Below, one piece after another: positions 38,898 to 51,793 of a stretch of 64,000 nucleotides of DNA. The notes under the pieces were generated by a model. It saw only the letters and a list, made by a program, of their open reading frames with translations, searched no databases and was not told where the DNA came from. Origin of the DNA: Octopus sinensis (Eukaryota); NCBI RefSeq assembly GCF_006345805.1, contig NC_042997.1:33914001-33978000 (forward strand). The letters run 5' to 3'. The position numbers were made by a program, and so were the translations under genes. How positions within the stretch are numbered: the first letter of the stretch is position 1; each line of letters opens with the position of its first letter.

Positions 38898-39906
38898 ACG
38901 AAGAAGAGCATCCAGCTGTAGAAATATTGCCAAAGCTAACATTGGAGCTCGATGTGGCCCTGCACCTTGCAAGATCTTGTCAAACCATCCAATCCATGCC
39001 AGCATGGAAAAAAGGATGTTAAATGATGATGAATCTCATGCTTGTTTTATAAAGTTAATTCCCAAAGTGCAATGGAAGCTTTTTTTTTCTGAATTTTGAT
39101 GGCTTCACTGTTACATTGACCAGATTATTTATGAAGATTAAGAGCAGAAGTGGCCCAATTGTAGAGTTGACACTCTAACCACTGAGCCATGCGTCTTCAC
39201 AATATATGTATATATGTATATAATAATGGAGGGTACCTTTAATGTGCTGGTGCCAGGTTAAAAGCACAAAGCACACACTGTAAAGAGGTCGGCATTAGGA
39301 AGGGAATACACATGCACACACAACAGTCTTCCTTCAGTTTCCATCTACCAAATCCATTCACAAGGCTTTGGTTTGCCCAAGGCTATAGTAGAAGACACAT
39401 GTCCAAGGTACCATGCAGTGGAACTGAACCCAGAACCATGTGGTTGGAAAGCAAGCTTCTCACCATACAGCCATGCCTGCACCTATATATTGATGATGGT
39501 AGTGGACCTCATGTAGTTTTAATGTGTTTCATGGATCTATCTACTTGATTTGTTACAGTGCCAGTAGGAGATACATGGTCACCCATTCATATCAAGACCT
39601 ATAAGTCATGGCCTAGCAATGCATCAGTGTCACAGAACTCTACAATTGGGCCACTTCTACTCTTAATCTTCATAAATAATCTGGTCAATGTAACAGTGAA
39701 GCCATCAAAATTCAGAAAAAAAAAGCTTCCATTGCACTTTGGGAATTAACTTTATAAAACAAGCATGAGATTCATCATCATTTAACATCCTTTTTTCCAT
39801 GCTGGCATGGATTGGATGGTTTGACAAGATCTTGCAAGGTGCAGGGCCACATCGAGCTCCAATGTTAGCTTTGGCAATATTTCTACAGCTGGATGCTCTT
39901 CTTCGT
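38898..39906. repeat. 271-bp inverted repeat (arms 38898-39168 and 39636-39906)
   Basis: Arms are reverse complements with one mismatch found by eye; the spacer is 467 bp. Confidence 0.95.
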
Positions 39907-40199
39907 GAGGTTGTGAGTTCGAATCCCGGACCAGGCTGCGTGTTGTGTTCTTGAGCAAGACACTTTATTTCACATTGCTCCAGTTCACTCAGCTGTAGAA
40001 ATGAGTTGCGACGTCACAGGTGCCAAGCTGTATCGGCCCTTGCCTTTCCCTTGGACAACATCGGTGACATGGAGAGGGGAGGCCGGTATGCATGGGCGAC
40101 TGCTGGTCTTCCATAAAAACAACCTTGCCCAGACTAGTGCCTCAGAGGGTAACTCTCTAGGTGCAAACCCATGGTCAGTGTCTGACCGAAGGGGGTCAC
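39904..40199 (+). mobile_element. SINE family E body; its head is displaced and inverted at 39169-39200
   Basis: The body starts gtgaggttgtgagttcgaatccc; 39169-39200 is the reverse complement of gtgaagacgcatggctcagtggttagagtgtc. Confidence 0.85.
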
Positions 40200-42371
40200 C
40201 TCATACATGTATATATAATTTTATGTTGAGAAACACTTTATGGTTGTACAGTTATTTCAATGCTAGGGCATTTTCTTAAAATTCAAATTAATACAAAATC
40301 ATCGTTCAATATTTATGAAAAAATTTTATGTGTAAAAAAGACTAGAGAGTGTCGTAAAAATCCTTCTATGTCCCAAGTTCAAATCTCACTGGGTTACGTT
40401 TGCCTTTTACTCATTCTGACTTCAATAAAGAAGACATCATTCAAATACTTGGGATTGATTTATTGGACAGTTTCTTTTCCCATTTGATAAAAATCATCAT
40501 TATTAAATGATTTTGGTGCTTTCTATTTCTTGTAAATGGATAAGTCGAACATTACAAAGAAATGGGTGCAGTGAGAGAAAGCTAGATCTGCTGGAATTGA
40601 TAGTTTGTTTTGGCATGTTTGAAAAACAAAACAAAAGAAAGTCAAAAATCAAAAAAAAGAAAAAGAATTAAGAAAAAAAAAAAAAAAAGAAGCCAGCTTA
40701 TCTTCAGTTTTATCAAACTATTTATGTGATGCAACTTTCGGTCACTGTAATGTTCATTTATCATGTGAATGAAGTTTTTTTTTTTTTTTTCTTTTCTTTT
40801 TGTCTTTCATAGCAATTCAGTTTATATAATAATGATGAAGACACATGTCTTTTGAATGCTTAGGTGTTTTTTCCTCTCACTCTTTATTTAATTTAGCTCA
40901 CATTATGTTGTTTTCTGAAGTTCAGGTAAAAAAAAGAAAAAGAAAAAAGAAAGAAAAAGCAAAAACAAAATAAAACTATACCCCCCACCCAAAAAAAAAA
41001 CAACAACAAAAAACAAAAAAAAAACAATACCACCCTATTTCAGAAATGTTTTTTTTTTTTTTACTTTTAGTTTTGATATTCTAAGAGAAAGTTTTGTCTT
41101 CTCATCTGCAGTAAAGCTAATTATTGTTTTGTTCATTTCTAGAAGACAACCTTTTTTTTTTTTTTTTTGTTTTGTTACTTTAGTAGATCACATGTGTCTT
41201 TTGTCTCCTTCTCATTCCAAAATTCTAAGTAATTCCCCAGTATTTTTGGTTACTTTCCTTGCCCAAAGAAAAGTCATTAGTTATTTTGTCCAGCCAAATG
41301 GCTACAGATATTTTATAACTGGCTGCAACATGATGGATCAAAGAAGTTGTTGGAAAAGAACTTCTCTAATACATATGTAGATAAATTCATGACAGTTCAC
41401 AGCCTAGCGGTTAGGGTGTTGTCATGTTCACGAGTTCACTGGTTTGATTTCCAGACTTATTGATGCACGATGTCCTTGAGAAAGGTATGTGGTTTTGTGT
41501 TGTTCTAGTTTGCTCAGCTAAGAGTGAGTACGTGTTAGCTTCTAGGGCAGCTCTTTCTCTCTCCATCTGTCACATCTTTGATGTTATGCTGCAAGGGCAG
41601 AGAGGTGTTTATATCTGCTTGCAACAAAACAATTAGCAAAAGTAGGGTGCATGCTACAAGATGATACTTGCTTGCAAATAATGAGCCAACTTCTAAATTC
41701 ATGGCAGAACTTTTGGGTCAAGAAATGAAGTGATAGAGCAATATGTGGATCTATGTGCATTCTATGAGAATGGTCCTAGGTCTAAGTGAATTTTAGGGGT
41801 CAACATGAGAGATTCTGTATAGTAACCTAACTTGTTCAGTGTAGTTGCTAAATCTATTTCGAAGGTAAAAGTGATATATATTTTTCAAGCTAAAACTGTT
41901 AAATACAGAATTTTATGCCACCAGAACATCATGCCACCTTGGCCTACACTAGAAATGCTTCTTTACCCTCTTGGGACACCTGGGCTGATTGATTGGCCCA
42001 GGTGATACAATCTGAAAAGATTCTGAGGCTAATCCATCAGCTCAATGAAACAAACATTTTGATTTGTAATAGTCAATCAGAGATTGTCTTTCAGTAGATA
42101 TAATATAAAACTATATAATATATATAGTTTTACATACTAATTAGTAGTTTTAGGCACGTTATCCTTTGTTTTCTACTTGCACCCATCAATTTCAATCTCA
42201 ACTGGAAAAACATTTTGGTCTTTTTGACCTCACATACCAAAATACTGTGTGTCTCAAAAGGGTTAAATGCTTGGTTAGTTTTGTTAGTTGTATTGTTTAT
42301 GTACTACAGGTCTATTCAAGTATGACTGATCTGAACTGCATTACAGCAACAATGTTTTCTCATTGACTCAT

Positions 42372-42610
42372 AAAAAGCACCAACCAATCGTGGCCATTGC
42401 CAGCCTCCCCTGGCACCTCTGCCAGTGGCACGTAAAAAGCACCTACTACACTCACGGAGTGGTTGGCATTAGGAAGGGTGTCCAGTGGTAGAAACACTAC
42501 CAGATCAGACTGGAGCCTGGTGCAGCCTCCTGGCTTCCCAGACCCCGGTTGAACCGTCCAACCCATGCTGGCATGGAAAACGAACATTAAACGATGATGA
42601 TGATGATGAT
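42372..42610 (+). mobile_element. RTE LINE 3'UTR end (family D)
   Basis: Core plus (gat)n tail. Confidence 0.8.
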
Positions 42611-42817
42611 AGTAATTTTGAAAGGAGTAAGTCTACTACATTAACCTTAGTACTTGACTGGTACTTTAATTTTATTGACCTCAAAATGACGAAAGGTGAA
42701 ATTAGCCATGGCAGGATTTAAATTGATAATATGTTAAAAAGCCAGAAGAAATGTAGTGAAGTGCTTTGTCTGGTATGTTGGTGATTCTTCCAACTCATCG
42801 TTTTGAAGGACTGGCTT

Positions 42818-43115
42818 TGGTCATAAATGACCATTAGATTGCACCTAGAAAGTTCCCCTCTCATGCACAAGTCAAGGCAAGGTTGTTTTATGGAAGACTA
42901 GCAGTCACCCATGCATGCCAGCCTTGCCTCTCCATGCCATTGATGTTATCCAAGTGAAAGGCAATGGCCAATACAGCTTGGCATCAGTGATGCTGCAACT
43001 CATTTCTACAGCTGAGTGAACTAGAGCAATGTGAAATAAAGTGCCTTGCTCAAGAACACAACACACAGCTTGGTCCAGGAATTGAACTCACTACTTCATG
43101 ATTGTGAGCCTTGTG
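42818..43115 (-). mobile_element. SINE family E, degenerate
   Basis: Reverse-complement match to 2785-3125. Confidence 0.75.
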
Positions 43116-43780
43116 TCTTTGTTTACTCACCACCTTATACAACATTAATAATAACAACAATAAGTCAACCTACGTTGACTGAAGTTCCTCAACATCAAAG
43201 CAGAGAGGAACAGGTTGAGCACATCTTTGTCAAGTAAGAGTTGATAGGACATCTATGAATTGTCAGAACCTAGAAAGGGTACTGATGAAAGGAGAATTCT
43301 ATTGCACTGTTAAATTGCTTGTTGTTGAATGCCTTTGATCAACTCTGCTCCTGTAGAACTGTGACTCAAAGGTGACTGATCAAAGAATCAGTGTTCAGCA
43401 TCCCAAATGACTGCCCCATCCTTGAATGGGGATATTGTTTGAAGCTGTTGGACTTAAAGCAAGATCCCTCTTTCAAAGTCATTAAAGTGTTTGTAACTGG
43501 ATCAATTCATTTTCCTTTCGCTTTTCTTTTACATGTTTCAGTCATAGGACTGTGGCCATGCTGGGGCACTGCCTTGAAGGGTGTAATTCAACAAATCGAC
43601 ACTGGCACTTATTTTTTAAATCTGGTATTTATTCTCTTGGCTTCTTTTGCTGAACTGCAAAATTATGGGAATATAAACAAACTAACACAGTTTGTCAAGT
43701 GGTGTGGGGGGGGGCACACACACACACAAACACAAGGACACACATGCATATATACATACATATATATGTATAAATATATG

Positions 43781-43829
<49 letters not shown>

Positions 43830-43944
43830 TCATTACTCATTTACTCATTTGACTGTGGCCATGCTGGAGCACCGCCTTTAATTAAGGAAATCGACCCCAG
43901 GACTTATTCTTTGTAAGCCTAGTACTTATTCTATCGGTCTCTTT

Positions 43945-45250
43945 CTGAACTTTGCCCAGGCTATTCTTATTCTTGTGGTAACACTCTCTGAGCATCCACC
44001 CCCACTACAGAGTTGGTCACCTAGGTAGCAGAAGCTATCAACTACTTCTAGTTTCTTCCCCTGGCATGTGATAGAGTCTGTTTTCTGAGCATCTGTGGCG
44101 TTTATTGCCCCTGTGCATCTTCTGCATGTGAAAGCTATCTTCCCAGTTAATCTTCCTTTGATATTGCTGCACCTCTTATGTGTCCATAGCTTACACTGGG
44201 TACATCTTATGGAGTTTCTACCTACACCTTTTCTACAGATCGAGCAGGGCCACCTACCTGAAGGGGTGTGTGATGTGTTTGCCTTCCTACTTACTAGAAC
44301 TTTGTCTTTGCAACATTGATTCTAAGGCTCTTCGATTCCTAAACCTTGCTTCCACAATTGAAATTTTTTCATAGTTCTGGTAGTGATTCTGCTATGAGGG
44401 CCAAGTCATCAGCATAGAGGAGCTCCCAGGGTTAACCTGTCTTGAATTCCTCTGTTATTGCCTGGAGGACTATGATGAATAAGAGGAGGATGAGGGCTGA
44501 TCCTTGGTGGACCCCTTCTTCTACCCTGAATTCTTCACTATACTCATTTCTAATCCTAATCCTACTCATGGCATCTCTGTATAGGGCCTGTACAGTCCCT
44601 ATTAACCATTCGTCAAACCCCAGTTTCCACATTGCCTACCAGATAAGGGATTAGGGGACCCTGTTAAAGGCTTTCTCCAAGTCAAGAAAAGCCAAGTATA
44701 GGGGTTTATCTTTGGCTAGGTATTTCTCCTGCAGTTGCCTTACCAGAAATATAGCAACAGTGGTGCTTCTGCCTTGCACAGAACCAAACTGCATCTCATC
44801 TAAGCAGACTCTCACCCTAATTAGTTGGACTATGACCCTCTCTGTGACCTTCATCACCTGATCCAGCAGTTTGATACCCCTGTCGTTATGTCTATCTAAA
44901 GCATCATCTTTACCTATGTAGCAGTTGACTATGGTGCTGCTACGCCAGTCATTGGGTATACCTCCATCATGAGCTGCCTGATTTACAATGCAGGTGAGGG
45001 TGACTAGGCTATGGCCCACACCACCAGCTGGAGGCTTTTCCTGTCTTCATATCCTTAATTGCTTTATCTACCAGGGTGCTGATTTGGCAGGCTCTCCTCC
45101 TCCCATTCATTCTCCACATTCAGCAGCCTTTCATAATGGCCACTCCAAGCCTCTTTCTTTTCAGAATCATTAAAAGCAAGTGCACCATCATCCATGCGAA
45201 CACATTTCTCTCCTGTGACATCACAATTTTCTCTCACACTGTCTTGCAAT
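43945..45250 (-). mobile_element. RTE-clade LINE reverse-transcriptase fragment (frameshifted) with an internal PHD-type finger
   Basis: DWRSSTIVNCY.GK.DALDR.N.RGIKLL, QFG..QGRST..AIFLVRQLQEKY, AFLDLEKAFNRVP, GVHQGSAL..LLFIIV, WELLYADDL equivalent, then C4HC3 and FCYLGD. Confidence 0.9.
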
Positions 45251-45339
45251 TCGGAATATATATATATAAATGCAAAATCATTATATATATATATATCTCC
45301 AAATATATACGTTTTCTTTATTATTTTGCACATTACTTA

Positions 45340-45930
<591 letters not shown>

Positions 45931-46262
45931 GATATCCAATTCAGTCATCATATATGAATATTACAACATTACCTTTTGTATTTTTCCATACAGAATGGCT
46001 AGAGTGGCAGACAGAATATGTTGTGGTATTCAGTGGCATACTTTTTGCATTCTAAAATGGAATCCACTGAGGCTAATAATGCTTTTAACCCATGTTTTAC
46101 CGAATTTCTGCTGAAATACACTGCTTTCATTTCGATTAATTTTTGAAGCTAAAGAAGAATTCAGTAGAATAATTTTGTTGGTATTAAGCTGGTGTGAATT
46201 AGAATGGAATTTTGATGGAAAGTTTTAATTTTGCTGATTTTAAACATGAAGCTTGTATCATA

Positions 46263-46670
46263 GGTGCAGGAGTGGCTGTATGGTAAGTAGCTTGCTAACC
46301 AACCACATGGTTCCGGGTTCAGTCCCACTGCGTGGCATCTTGGGCAAGTGTCTTCTGCTATAGCCCCGGGCCAACCAATGCCTTGTGAGTGGATTTGGTA
46401 GACGGAAACTGAAAGAAGCCTGTCGTATATATGTATATATATATATATATATGTGTGTATGTGTGTGTGTTTGTCCCCCTAGCATTGCTTGACAACCGAT
46501 GCTGGTGTGTTTACGTCCCCGTCACTTAGCGGTTCGGCAAAAGAGACCGATAGAATAAGTACTGGGCTTACAAAGAATAAGTGCCGGGGTCGATTTGCTC
46601 GACTAAAGGCGGTGCTCCAGCATGGCCACATTCAAATGACTGAAACAAGTAAAAGAGTAAAAGAGAGAGA
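46263..46670 (+). mobile_element. SINE family B
   Basis: Full-length match. Confidence 0.9.
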
Positions 46671-46899
46671 GTATAGTACTCAGAGTTATCTCACATGGGT
46701 TTGTATCATAAGGGTTAATTTTTCAGGGTGGTTGTTAAAGTAAATGCCTGTTGTGTACTGGGATTCTTTTATTCTTTTACCTGTTGACTCTGACCATGCT
46801 GGAGCACTACCTTTAAGGAATTTTTAGTCAAAGAAATTGACCCCAGGACTTATTCTTTGTAAGTCTGGTACTTATTCTATTCGTCTCTTTTGCTGAACT

Positions 46900-47075
46900 G
46901 CAAATCTAACAGAAGCCTCAAAAGACATTTCAAGATCCGCAAAGGTCAGAACTTAACTGCAGTTTCTGGTGGTCCAGAGCAGGTATGCAATTTATGCAGG
47001 TGTCTTTTCAAAACATTGTCTCTTTTAAAAAGTCACATTAGATGCCATGTTAGATCTAAGTCTAGGTGGTCAAAC
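46900..47075 (+). mobile_element. LINE ORF2 C-terminal C2H2 zinc-finger relic
   Basis: CKSNRSLKRHFKI..CNLCRCLFKTLSLLKSHIRCH; homologous to 10745-11020. Confidence 0.6.
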
Positions 47076-47262
47076 TCTGTATAAGGAGTAGACAACCACT
47101 ATACACACACACACATCACAAACTTCTTCCAGTTTCTGTCTACCAATTCTACTCACAAAGCTTAGGTTGGTCCAAGGTTATATTAGAGGACACTTGCCCA
47201 AGGTGCCATGCAGAGGGTCTAAACCTGGAACCACACCTGCCACACCTGGTATTGATATTAAA

Positions 47263-47501
47263 GGCGGCCAGCTGGCAGAAACGTTAGCATGCCAGGCGAA
47301 ATGCGTAGCCGTATTTCGTCTGTTCGTCTGCCGTTATGTTCTGAGTTCAAATTCCGCCGAGGTCGACTTTGCCTTTCATCCTTTCGGGGTCGATTAAATA
47401 AGTACCAGTTACGCACTGGGGTCGATGTAATCAACTTAATCCGTTTGTCTGTCCTTGTTTGTCCCCTTTGTGTTTAGCCCCTTGTGGGTAGTAAAGAAAT
47501 A
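47263..47501 (+). mobile_element. SINE family A with 11-bp TSD
   Basis: ggtattgatat at 47248-47258 and 47502-47512. Confidence 0.9.
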
Positions 47502-48035
47502 GGTATTGATATGAGTGACTAAAATCCAATCCTTTTATTTGAGGCTTTGTGTTTAGGTCAGAAATAAAGAAAATATACATAGTTCCTACTAAAACAAATT
47601 TGGCCAAAAAATAAAGATCAGTTAAAAGGAATTAATATTTAGAAATATTTGCTTGCCATTGATTAAGATGAAGTTCAGTAAATGCTTCTGTGAAAGATAT
47701 GCTTGTTGTAACATACCCTTGTGTAGTCAACAAGGAATTCATGTTATAGGTAATGGTTTGTTTTGGAATAAGGTAGTAAGCTCCCTATGAGCTGAGTGTA
47801 TTTCTACCCAGTTTAGTTAGCATTCGCTTTTATTTATACTATTAGGGGCTTTTGGTAAGTTAAGAGCATTACAATTCATTTACCCTCCTTTTCGTCTTTT
47901 AATGTAGGCTGGAGGGGGAAAACATTAAGGGAGTGAGCATGAGGAGGAAGGGGAGGAAGAGGAGGAGACAATTCTATATTTTTTAAAGTGTTGTTTATAA
48001 AAAACTTTATAAATCATTTATCACAGATTGGTTAG

Positions 48036-48074
<39 letters not shown>

Positions 48075-48606
48075 ACACATTCACTCACTCACTCACCCAG
48101 CGTAACCTTCCTGAAGAAAAAAAACATCGACAAAGGAAAAAAACAAAAAAAAAACAAAACAAATCTAGCATACAGACAACAAAAACAAGTACAGCAACTA
48201 AAAACAAATTTGAAGGCAACTAATCCAAGAAATCTTAATCTCTGTAGACTATACAGAAAACACCAAGTAAAATGTGATTTAAGATTTACTTTAAAACATC
48301 TGTCTTGAGGCTGTCACATGTCAAGATGTCAAAGGGGATTATTATTATTAACAGAAGCAAGAGAGTTGTTGACATGTTTGGTTTACTTGCTTTAAACAAG
48401 TGAGAATGGGTTCTTACTATATGCTCTTGTTAACTTCTAAGTTTTCTCTACCATTTCTTTTCTCTTTTGTTTTGCAACTAATGTTTAAACATGAAGTATA
48501 GTCATAGCTAGACATTACCACCATGGCTCACCTGGCTGAGCGGATACAGTAGCTAGCAAACAAACATCCATCAAAAGAGGTTGCCAGTTTGTATAGAAAG
48601 GATAAT

Positions 48607-49011
48607 GGCAGAAATGTTAGCACGCCGGCTGAAATGCGTAGCCGTATTTCGTCTGCTGTCACGTTCTGAGTTCAAATTCCGCCAAGGTCAACTTTACCTT
48701 TCATCCTTTCGGGGTTGATTAAATAAGTACCAGTTAAACTCTGGGGTCGATATAATCGACTTAATCCGTTTGTCTGTCCTTGTTTGTCCTCTCTGTGTTT
48801 AGCCCCTTGTGGGTAGTAAAGAAATAGGTATTTCGTCTCCTGTTATGTTCTGAGTTCAAATTCCGCCAAGGTCAACTTTACCTTTCATCCTTTCGGGGTC
48901 GATTAAATAAGTACCAGTTACACTCTGGGGTCGATATAATCGACTTAATCCGTTTGTCTGTCCTTGTTTGTCCTCTCTGTGTTTAGCCCCTTGTGGGTAG
49001 TAAAGAAATAG
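48607..49011 (+). mobile_element. SINE family A tandem dimer
   Basis: The 3' ~180 bp is duplicated; both halves share non-consensus bases (ccgccAaggtcAactttAcc, actctgggg). Confidence 0.88.
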
Positions 49012-49156
49012 GTAGAGCATTTGAAGTTCATGCTTTGTGATTGGGGAGAGATTTAGGGTAATAAGGAATAAGAGAAGATGGGTTCGAGTGTTGGAGAGGT
49101 GAGAGGATCCCATGACATCCCTTGTGGTATAATGGATATAGGCAGTATATAGTGAA

Positions 49157-49752
49157 GGTGCATGGCTCACTGGTTAGAGTGTCAGGCTCACAATCATGTG
49201 GTTGTGAGTTTGATTTCTGGGGCAGGTTGTGTGTTGTGCTCTTGAGCAAGACACTTTATTTCACTTTGCTCCAGTTCACTCCGGTGTAAAAATGAGTTGT
49301 CATGTCACAGATGCCAAACTGTATTGGCGTTTGCCTTTTCCTTGGATAACATCAGTGACATGGAGAGAGGAAGCTGTTATGCATGGGAAATTGCAAGCGT
49401 CGGCTGCGGGGTCACTCCGAAAAGCTCTATCTGCGACGATTTCATCTCAATCAAAAGAGAGGGGCTTTCTCCGTCCGGGTTGTAGTTCCGTGGAATAAGC
49501 TGCCGGACGAGATAGTGAAGATGCTGACGACCGCTCGGTTCAAAGTCTCCCTTGACCACAAGTGGCCTGAACTCTTTACATGAACACCACCCTGTACATA
49601 ACTCCACGTCCCCCTATATGGCCTTGCTTTTTGCTTTTTGAGCCAAAAAATTAACTAACTAATTAACTAACAATCTTGCTGGGACCTGTGCCTTAGAGGG
49701 GAACCTTCTAGGTGCAATCCTATGGTCATTCATGGTTGAAGGGGGTCTTTAC
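49157..49752 (+). mobile_element. SINE family E interrupted by a CR1 3' fragment
   Basis: Family E sequence lies before 49396 and after 49671. Confidence 0.8.
49396..49671 (+). mobile_element. CR1 LINE 3' end with (TAAC)n tail
   Basis: RRLRGHSEKLYLRRFHLNQKRGAFSVRVV.PWNKLPDE..WPELFT*, nearly the same as the end of the ORF at 25401. Confidence 0.9.
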
Positions 49753-50116
49753 TTTTAGGTGGTGTATTTGTGAATTCTTAGGGTGTTGGATAGAATTGCT
49801 CATGGTATTTGTTCCTTCTCTTTCTGTACTCTGGGTTCAAATCCCATTGAGGTCATCTTTGCTTTTCACCTTTTGAAGCTGATAAAAAAAAAAAGGGACC
49901 AATGAAATGTAGTGGATTGGCAGGACTATTAGAATTGAAGGCTGATCTCAAAACATTGAACCTTACGAAGGAGATGACAGAGGACCAAGATATGTGGTGC
50001 ATTGCTCTACTTAAGAAGACCTGCCCATCATAACAAAATTGAAATCCTAAACCCAAGGTGCCATGTAAAAAGTATTGGTGCTAGTGCCATGTAAAAAAGC
50101 ACTGGTAATTTTTGTA

Positions 50117-50807
50117 ATGGATAAGTTGGAACAAAGAACCAGCATGAAATTTTGCATTAAACTTGGGAAGAGACATTGAGAATACTTTGGCAAGCTTATG
50201 ACGATTAGGCAATGGGTTGTATGCAATGTTTTGAGTGTCGTGGGAGTTTCAAGTGGAAGAACATCCCTAGAAGATGATCAGCAATCTCGAAGACCTGCCA
50301 TGAACATCACCCCCAGAAATGTGGTATTGTGCATCAAGAATTCTACCCCCAGAAGCAGACCATCAATTGAAAGTTCTACTGTGACATTTTGAAGTGTTTG
50401 AGGGAAGACATTCAGCGAAAGTGACTGATCTATGGAGAGCAAAGAACTGGATTCTTCACCTTGCTCTCCTCACTCGTCTTACCAAAAACAACATAGTATT
50501 GCTTTCACACTTACACTCTTTGCCAGATTTAGTTCCTGCAGACTTCTATCTCTCCCCCAAGATGAAAATGCAGCTCAGAGGCCACCATTTTAACACCATT
50601 GTGAAGATCCAGTGTGAATTGCAGGAGGTCCTCAACTCACTTATGGAAAATGACCTCTAGGCTGGATTCCAAAAGTGGCAGGAACACTGGGACTGTTGTA
50701 TTCCTGCACAAGGTGACTATTTCAAAGGAGTTGCTGTCAAAATTTTGGTAAATAAGTTATTTTTTTATTAAGCATAACTAGTCTGGGAACCTTTTGATAC
50801 CACCTCG
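50117..50807 (+). mobile_element. Internally deleted mariner (Tc1/mariner) transposon
   Basis: MDKLEQRTSMKFCIKLGK, FK SGRTSLEDD..S.RP, WILH, (YS)PDLVPADFYL.PKMK and QGDYF motifs; the right TIR ends ...gataccacctcg|TA. Confidence 0.85.
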
Positions 50808-50809
50808 TA

Positions 50810-50834
50810 TATCCATCCATCCATCCATCCATCC

Positions 50835-50878
<44 letters not shown>

Positions 50879-50910
50879 ATCGATCGATCGATCGATCGAT
50901 CGATCGATCT
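50810..50910. repeat. Compound (ATCC)n-(ATCA)n-(ATCG)n microsatellite
   Basis: Directly visible. Confidence 0.95.
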
Positions 50911-51028
50911 CGCAATGTTCCTCCAGCTAAGATAAAGTTTTGTAATGCAAAATGAAGGAAAAAAAAAAAAATGTGGCTACTGTTGTATTTTGGTATTCTT
51001 AAAGGATATCCAATCAGATATATATATA

Positions 51029-51456
51029 TCATCATCATCATCGTTTAACGTCTGCTTTCCATGCTAGCATGGGTTGGACGGTTCAACTGGGGTCTGGGAA
51101 GCCCGAAGGCTGCACCAGGCCAGTCAGATCTGGCAGTGTTTCTACAGCTGGATGCCCTTCCTAACGCCAACCACTCTGAGAGTGTAGTGGGTGATTTTAT
51201 GTGCCACCGACACAGGTGCCAGACGAGGCTGGCGAACGGCCACGGTCGGATGGTGTTTTTTACGTGCCACCGGCACAGAGGCCAGGCAAGGCTGGCACGG
51301 CCACGATCGGATGGTGTTTGTTACGTGCCACCAGCACGGAGGCCAGTCAATGCGGTACTGGCTACGGCCACGTTCGGATGGTTTTCGTATGTGCCACCGG
51401 CACTGGTACCACAAAACTACAAATTCCATTAATGTTCATCGAGTTTGCTTTTGATT
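51029..51456 (-). mobile_element. RTE LINE 3'UTR copy (family D)
   Basis: Reverse-complement match, with the (cat)n tail at the left end. Confidence 0.85.
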
Positions 51457-51751
51457 ATATATATAATTTTTTTTATATGGTATGATTTAAGTATATCATT
51501 GTTGAATTGCTTCATGGTGGTTCTTCTCTAATTTATATATATATATATATATTATATATATATATTATATATATATCCGGAAACTGTAGGGAGCTTGCCT
51601 CCCTTGTCAGTCATAAGATAAGTGCTTTATCATAACTAAGAGTTGTTATGGCTCTTATTTCTAGCAATGTGGTGCTAAATAGGTATCCTCAGTTACTTTA
51701 GTGATGTCTATAGTTCTGCCTTTCTGTTGTAAAATGTGAATAAGCCACCTT

Positions 51752-51788
<37 letters not shown>

Positions 51789-51793
<5 letters not shown>

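Noticed and set aside
41230-41390. Open frame KWLQIFYNWLQHDG after ttttgtccag
   Set aside because: More likely a pogo/Tigger transposase relic (Y..QPN(AWM)T.IF..WL) than a host exon, and too short to call either way.
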